The position numbers were made by a program, and so were the translations under genes. The notes beneath the pieces were generated by a model. The model was given only the letters and a program-made list of their open reading frames with translations, was not told the DNA's origin and made no database searches. Of a DNA stretch of 64,000 bases, positions 56,400 to 64,000 are shown in pieces (the stretch's first letter is position 1; each line of letters begins with the position of its first letter). The stretch comes from Actinobacteria bacterium Ga0077560 (GTDB taxonomy: Bacteria; Actinomycetota; Thermoleophilia; Miltoncostaeales; Miltoncostaeaceae), in contig LNFL01000071.1 of assembly GCA_001464275.1 (NCBI GenBank), positions 32,894 through 96,893 on the forward strand, written 5' to 3'.

Positions 56400-57665
56400 A
56401 TGGTCAGCGTGGAACGCATCGCGGAGCGCCTGGATGAGGTCCGGGCGGCCACCCGGCGGATCATCGCGCCGCTCGACGACGAGGCCCTCACCCGCACCGC
56501 GACGCCCATCATGAGCCCGCCGGTCTGGGACCTCGGGCACATCGCCGCCTACGAGGAGCTGTGGGTCTGCTGTCGCCTCGCCGGCGGCGAGTCGCGGTAC
56601 CCCGAGCTTCAGGCCGCCTACGACGCCTTCGAGACGCCCCGGGCCGTACGGACCAAGATCCGCATCCTGGGGCCGCGGGAGGCCTGGGCCTACCTCGACG
56701 CCACACGTGAGCGCACCCTGGAGGCGCTGCGGCGATGTCGCCTCGACGACCCCGACGACGCCCTCGCCGAGGGTGGATTCGTCTTCGGGCTGATCGCGGG
56801 TCACGAGGCCCAGCACGCCGAGACGATCCTCCAGGGCATGGCCCTCGCCGAGCCCGGCGCCTACGTGCCCGACCGCCCCGGCACCCCGCCCGCCGCCGCC
56901 GCGCCCGCCGCGCCGGAGCGCATCGACATCCCGGCGGGCACGGTCCGCGTCGGCGCGCCGGCCCACGGCTTCGCCTACGACTGCGAGCGCCCCGCGCACG
57001 AGGTCGAGCTGCCCGCGTTCCGGATCGCCCGCGATCCGGTGAGCTGCGGGGAGTGGATGGCCTTCATCGACGACGGCGGGTACGCGCGGGCGGAGCTGTG
57101 GACCCCCGAGGGATGGGAGTGGCGCACCCGGGAGGGCGCCGGGGCGCCGCTGCACTGGTTCCTGGACGCCGACGACGACTGGGCCGTCCGCGACATGGAC
57201 ATCGAGCGCTCCGTCGACCGGGCCGAGCCGGTGTGCCACGTGTCGTGGTTCGAGGCCGACGCCTACGCGCGCTGGGCCGGCGGGCGCCTGCCCACCGAGC
57301 ACGAGTGGGAGCGGGCGGCCGCGGGTGCCACGCCCGATCCCCGGTCGTGGAACCTCGGCGCCACCGCATTCCGCCCGCTCCCGCCCGGGACGCTTCCGGG
57401 CACCAGCGACGCGGGCTGCCGCGCCGTGCTGGGCGACGTCTGGGAGTGGACCTCCTCGGAGTTCACCGGATACCCCGGCTTCCGCGCCTTCCCGTACCGG
57501 GAGTACGCCGAGGTGTTCTTCGGCACCGGATACCGGGTCCTGCGCGGCGGCTCCTGGGCCGCACAGGCCCACGTCACATCCACCAGCTTCCGGAACTGGG
57601 ACCTGCCCCAGCGCCGCCAGATCTTCGCGGGCCTCCGGCTCGCATGGGACGGGGAGACCACATGA
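56400..57665 (+). CDS. egtB: Ergothioneine biosynthesis protein EgtB (hercynine sulfoxide synthase; DinB_2 + FGE-sulfatase domains)
   Basis: SPPVWDLGHIAAYEELW (DinB-like His site), GHEAQHAE and the C-terminal GDVWEWTSSEF.GYPGF...YRVLRGGSW. Confidence 0.85.
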   Translation: MVSVERIAERLDEVRAATRRIIAPLDDEALTRTATPIMSPPVWDLGHIAAYEELWVCCRLAGGESRYPELQAAYDAFETPRAVRTKIRILGPREAWAYLDATRERTLEALRRCRLDDPDDALAEGGFVFGLIAGHEAQHAETILQGMALAEPGAYVPDRPGTPPAAAAPAAPERIDIPAGTVRVGAPAHGFAYDCERPAHEVELPAFRIARDPVSCGEWMAFIDDGGYARAELWTPEGWEWRTREGAGAPLHWFLDADDDWAVRDMDIERSVDRAEPVCHVSWFEADAYARWAGGRLPTEHEWERAAAGATPDPRSWNLGATAFRPLPPGTLPGTSDAGCRAVLGDVWEWTSSEFTGYPGFRAFPYREYAEVFFGTGYRVLRGGSWAAQAHVTSTSFRNWDLPQRRQIFAGLRLAWDGETT

Positions 57666-58693
57666 GCACCACCACCGCCCGCCACCCGCGCCGGACGCGC
57701 GCGCCGAGGCCCTACCGGCTGGACGTGCACCTGGGCGCCGCGGGCGCGCTGGACTCCCTCGCCGACGACGTGCGCGAGGGGCTGTCGGCCACCCCGAAGT
57801 TCATGCTTCCCAAGTACCTGTACGACGCGGTCGGCAGCGACCTGTACGAGCAGATCACCGACCTGCCCGAGTACTACCAGGCCCGCACCGAGCTGGGCAT
57901 CCTGCAGCGGGAGATGCCCGGCGTGGTCGAGCGGCTCGCCCCGACCGAGCTCGTGGAGCTCGGCTCCGGGTCGTCGCGCAAGACCCGGGTGATCCTGGAC
58001 GCCATGGACGCCGCCGGGCTGCTGCGCCGCTACCTGCCGGTGGACGTCTGCCCGCCCGCCCTGCTGGACGCCGCAGGGATGCTCGCCGAGGCGTATCCCG
58101 GGCTGCGGGTCCACGCGGTCGCCGGGGACTTCGAGCGGCACCTGGACAAGGTCCCCGCCCGCCCGCCCGCGGGACGGCGCCTGGTCGCCTTCCTCGGCGG
58201 CACCATCGGGAACCTCGCCCCCGACCACCGCGACGCCTTCATGCGCCACCTGGCGGGGCTGCTGGGGCCCGGCGACGCGCTGCTGATGGGCATGGACATC
58301 GTGGGCGGCGACCCGGAGCGCATCCGGCGTGCCTACGACGACGCGGCGGGGGTCACGGCGGAGTTCAACCGGAACATCCTCCGGGTCATCAACCGGGAGC
58401 TCGCCGCCGACTTCGCGCCGGAGGCCTGGGACCACCGCGCGGTGTGGCGCCGCACCCTGGAGCGGGTGGAGATGCGCCTGCGCGCGCGCGAGCCCATGCG
58501 GGTCCACATCGGCGCCCTCGGCATGGAGGTCACCTTCGAGGAGGGTGAGGAGCTCGTCACCGAGCTGTGCTGCAAGTTCCGCCGCGAGACCGCCGAGGCG
58601 CTCTACGCCCGCGCCGGGCTGGAGCTCACCGAGTGGCACACCGACGAGCTCGGCCACTTCGCCGTGTCGGTGGCGGTGCGGCCCGAGCGGTAG
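57662..58693 (+). CDS. egtD: L-histidine N(alpha)-methyltransferase EgtD
   Basis: ATGA overlap with egtB. LPKYLYDAVGSDLYEQITDLPEYYQARTE and VELGSGSSRKT are EgtD hallmarks. Confidence 0.88.
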   Translation: MSTTTARHPRRTRAPRPYRLDVHLGAAGALDSLADDVREGLSATPKFMLPKYLYDAVGSDLYEQITDLPEYYQARTELGILQREMPGVVERLAPTELVELGSGSSRKTRVILDAMDAAGLLRRYLPVDVCPPALLDAAGMLAEAYPGLRVHAVAGDFERHLDKVPARPPAGRRLVAFLGGTIGNLAPDHRDAFMRHLAGLLGPGDALLMGMDIVGGDPERIRRAYDDAAGVTAEFNRNILRVINRELAADFAPEAWDHRAVWRRTLERVEMRLRAREPMRVHIGALGMEVTFEEGEELVTELCCKFRRETAEALYARAGLELTEWHTDELGHFAVSVAVRPER

Positions 58694-59454
58694 TCAGGAG
58701 CCGTCCGGGACGAGCCGCACGCCCTCGCGGCGCTCGATCGCCCGCTCCACCGCCTCGATCACCAGCTCATGGCCGGCGTGCGGCACCCAGGTGCGCAGCC
58801 CGGCGGCGCTGACGTCAAGGGCCAGCGCGAGCGCGGCGGCCTCCCCCGGATCGGGCTCCAGCAGCTCCGCGAGCAGCCCGGCGTCGAAGTCCATCGGCAC
58901 ACCGCACTGGAACAGGCTGCCGGTGCGGCGGCGCACCTGGCTGAGCCCCACCACCTTGCGGTCGTCGGGGCCCACCACCTCGAACGGCGACAACCCGCCG
59001 AAGCACGCCCGCGACGCCCGCACGGTGGTGGGATCGGTGCGCCGCTGGGCCTCGTGGGCCTCGTCGAGCCCCACCACCCGCACGGGCACGCCCAGCGTCG
59101 ACAGGCCCTCCGCCACGGCCTCGCCGATCCAGCGGTAGGCCGCCGCCAGGTCCCGGTCGGCCAGCCGGTGGCCGGGTGGGAGCACCACGTCCAGCGACAG
59201 CAGCCCGGGATCCCACAGCACCGGCCCGCCGCCGCTGCGGCGCCGCACGACCTCCACGCCCGCCCGTGCCAGCGCGGCGTCGTTCACCAGCGGGTCGCGG
59301 GCGGCGCGGCCCAGCACCAGCACGGAGCGGTCCACCGCCGACCACGAGAGGACGGGCGGCCCGGACGGATCCATCCCGTCCAGCAGCGCCTGGGGGAGCG
59401 CGACGGCGTCCGAGCCCGGCATCACGGCCGGGCCCAGACGCCGCCAGGTCTCGC

Positions 59455-59458
<4 letters not shown>
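58694..59458 (-). CDS. Lipoate-protein ligase family protein (LplA/LipM-like BPL_LplA_LipB domain)
   Basis: VVRRRSGGGPVLWDPG...KVVGLSQVRRRTGSLFQCGV pattern. The GTG start overlaps the stop of the upstream 2-oxoglutarate dehydrogenase gene (GTGA at 59455-59458). Confidence 0.75.
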
Positions 59459-63771
<4,313 letters not shown>

Positions 63772-64000
63772 GCGTCGCTCCAGTGTGGGTTCGCCGGCCG
63801 GCCCAGGGGTTCACCCGCCGCAGGGTGTCCGGGCACCGGTTGTCGCATATTGGGGTCTTGTCGGCATGGGGGATGCCGCCGATGACGCTTCGGGCACCAT
63901 CATGGGCTTGGTTCGCCACCCCCACATGATGACCTCCGCGCGGGCCGGAATGCCCGGAACCGGCGCGAAGGACCTGAATGGGGTGGCCGGGGAGGGGTCA

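Overview
High-GC (about 70-77% in hand-counted lines), densely coding actinobacterial chromosome window with about 60 supportable genes. No rRNA, CRISPR array or transposase was seen. (1) 1472-13832 is a ~12.4 kb pSAM2-type actinomycete integrative and conjugative element (AICE). It sits in the 3' half of a tRNA-Thr(CGU) gene and is bounded by perfect 46-bp direct repeats. Its backbone is int-xis-repSA-traSA(FtsK)-small ORF / GntR(KorSA-like)-DUF5069. Its cargo is a MerR / thioredoxin-like / CC-membrane module with a perfect 22-bp operator palindrome, a type II R-M pair, and a three-gene module next to attR (TIGR04255-like + Xre-HTH + orphan 236-aa protein). That module is my best candidate for an undescribed defence or TA-like system. 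(2) 49758-56231 holds three tandem paralogous secreted proteins, each with propeller-like repeats, three copies of a helical C-terminal module and a near-invariant C-terminus. I cannot assign them to a named family, and they are my second candidate. Two more secreted propeller-like proteins lie at 14015-17538. (3) The remaining genes are chromosomal. They include an OmpR/HK two-component system with an orphan TRAP solute-binding protein, and a YafJ-like glutamine amidotransferase domain lacking its Cys nucleophile, fused to a transglutaminase. There are also divergent S51 peptidase paralogs (one with Cys at the Ser nucleophile position), an ABC-2 exporter and a GH15 hydrolase. A receiver domain fused to a TrxR-like domain without CxxC sits next to a class III adenylate cyclase. 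The lhr-nei operon, CHAP hydrolase, clpS, a benzoylformate-decarboxylase-like ThDP enzyme, NUDIX and egtB-egtD follow. The window ends with a 2-oxoglutarate dehydrogenase E1 fused to a complete E2 (two lipoyl domains), translationally coupled to a lipoate-protein ligase. Four-nucleotide start/stop overlaps (GTGA/ATGA) are frequent. Many very long ORFs in the track are antisense shadow ORFs typical of high-GC DNA. All family assignments rest on motif recognition by eye and need HMM or BLAST confirmation.
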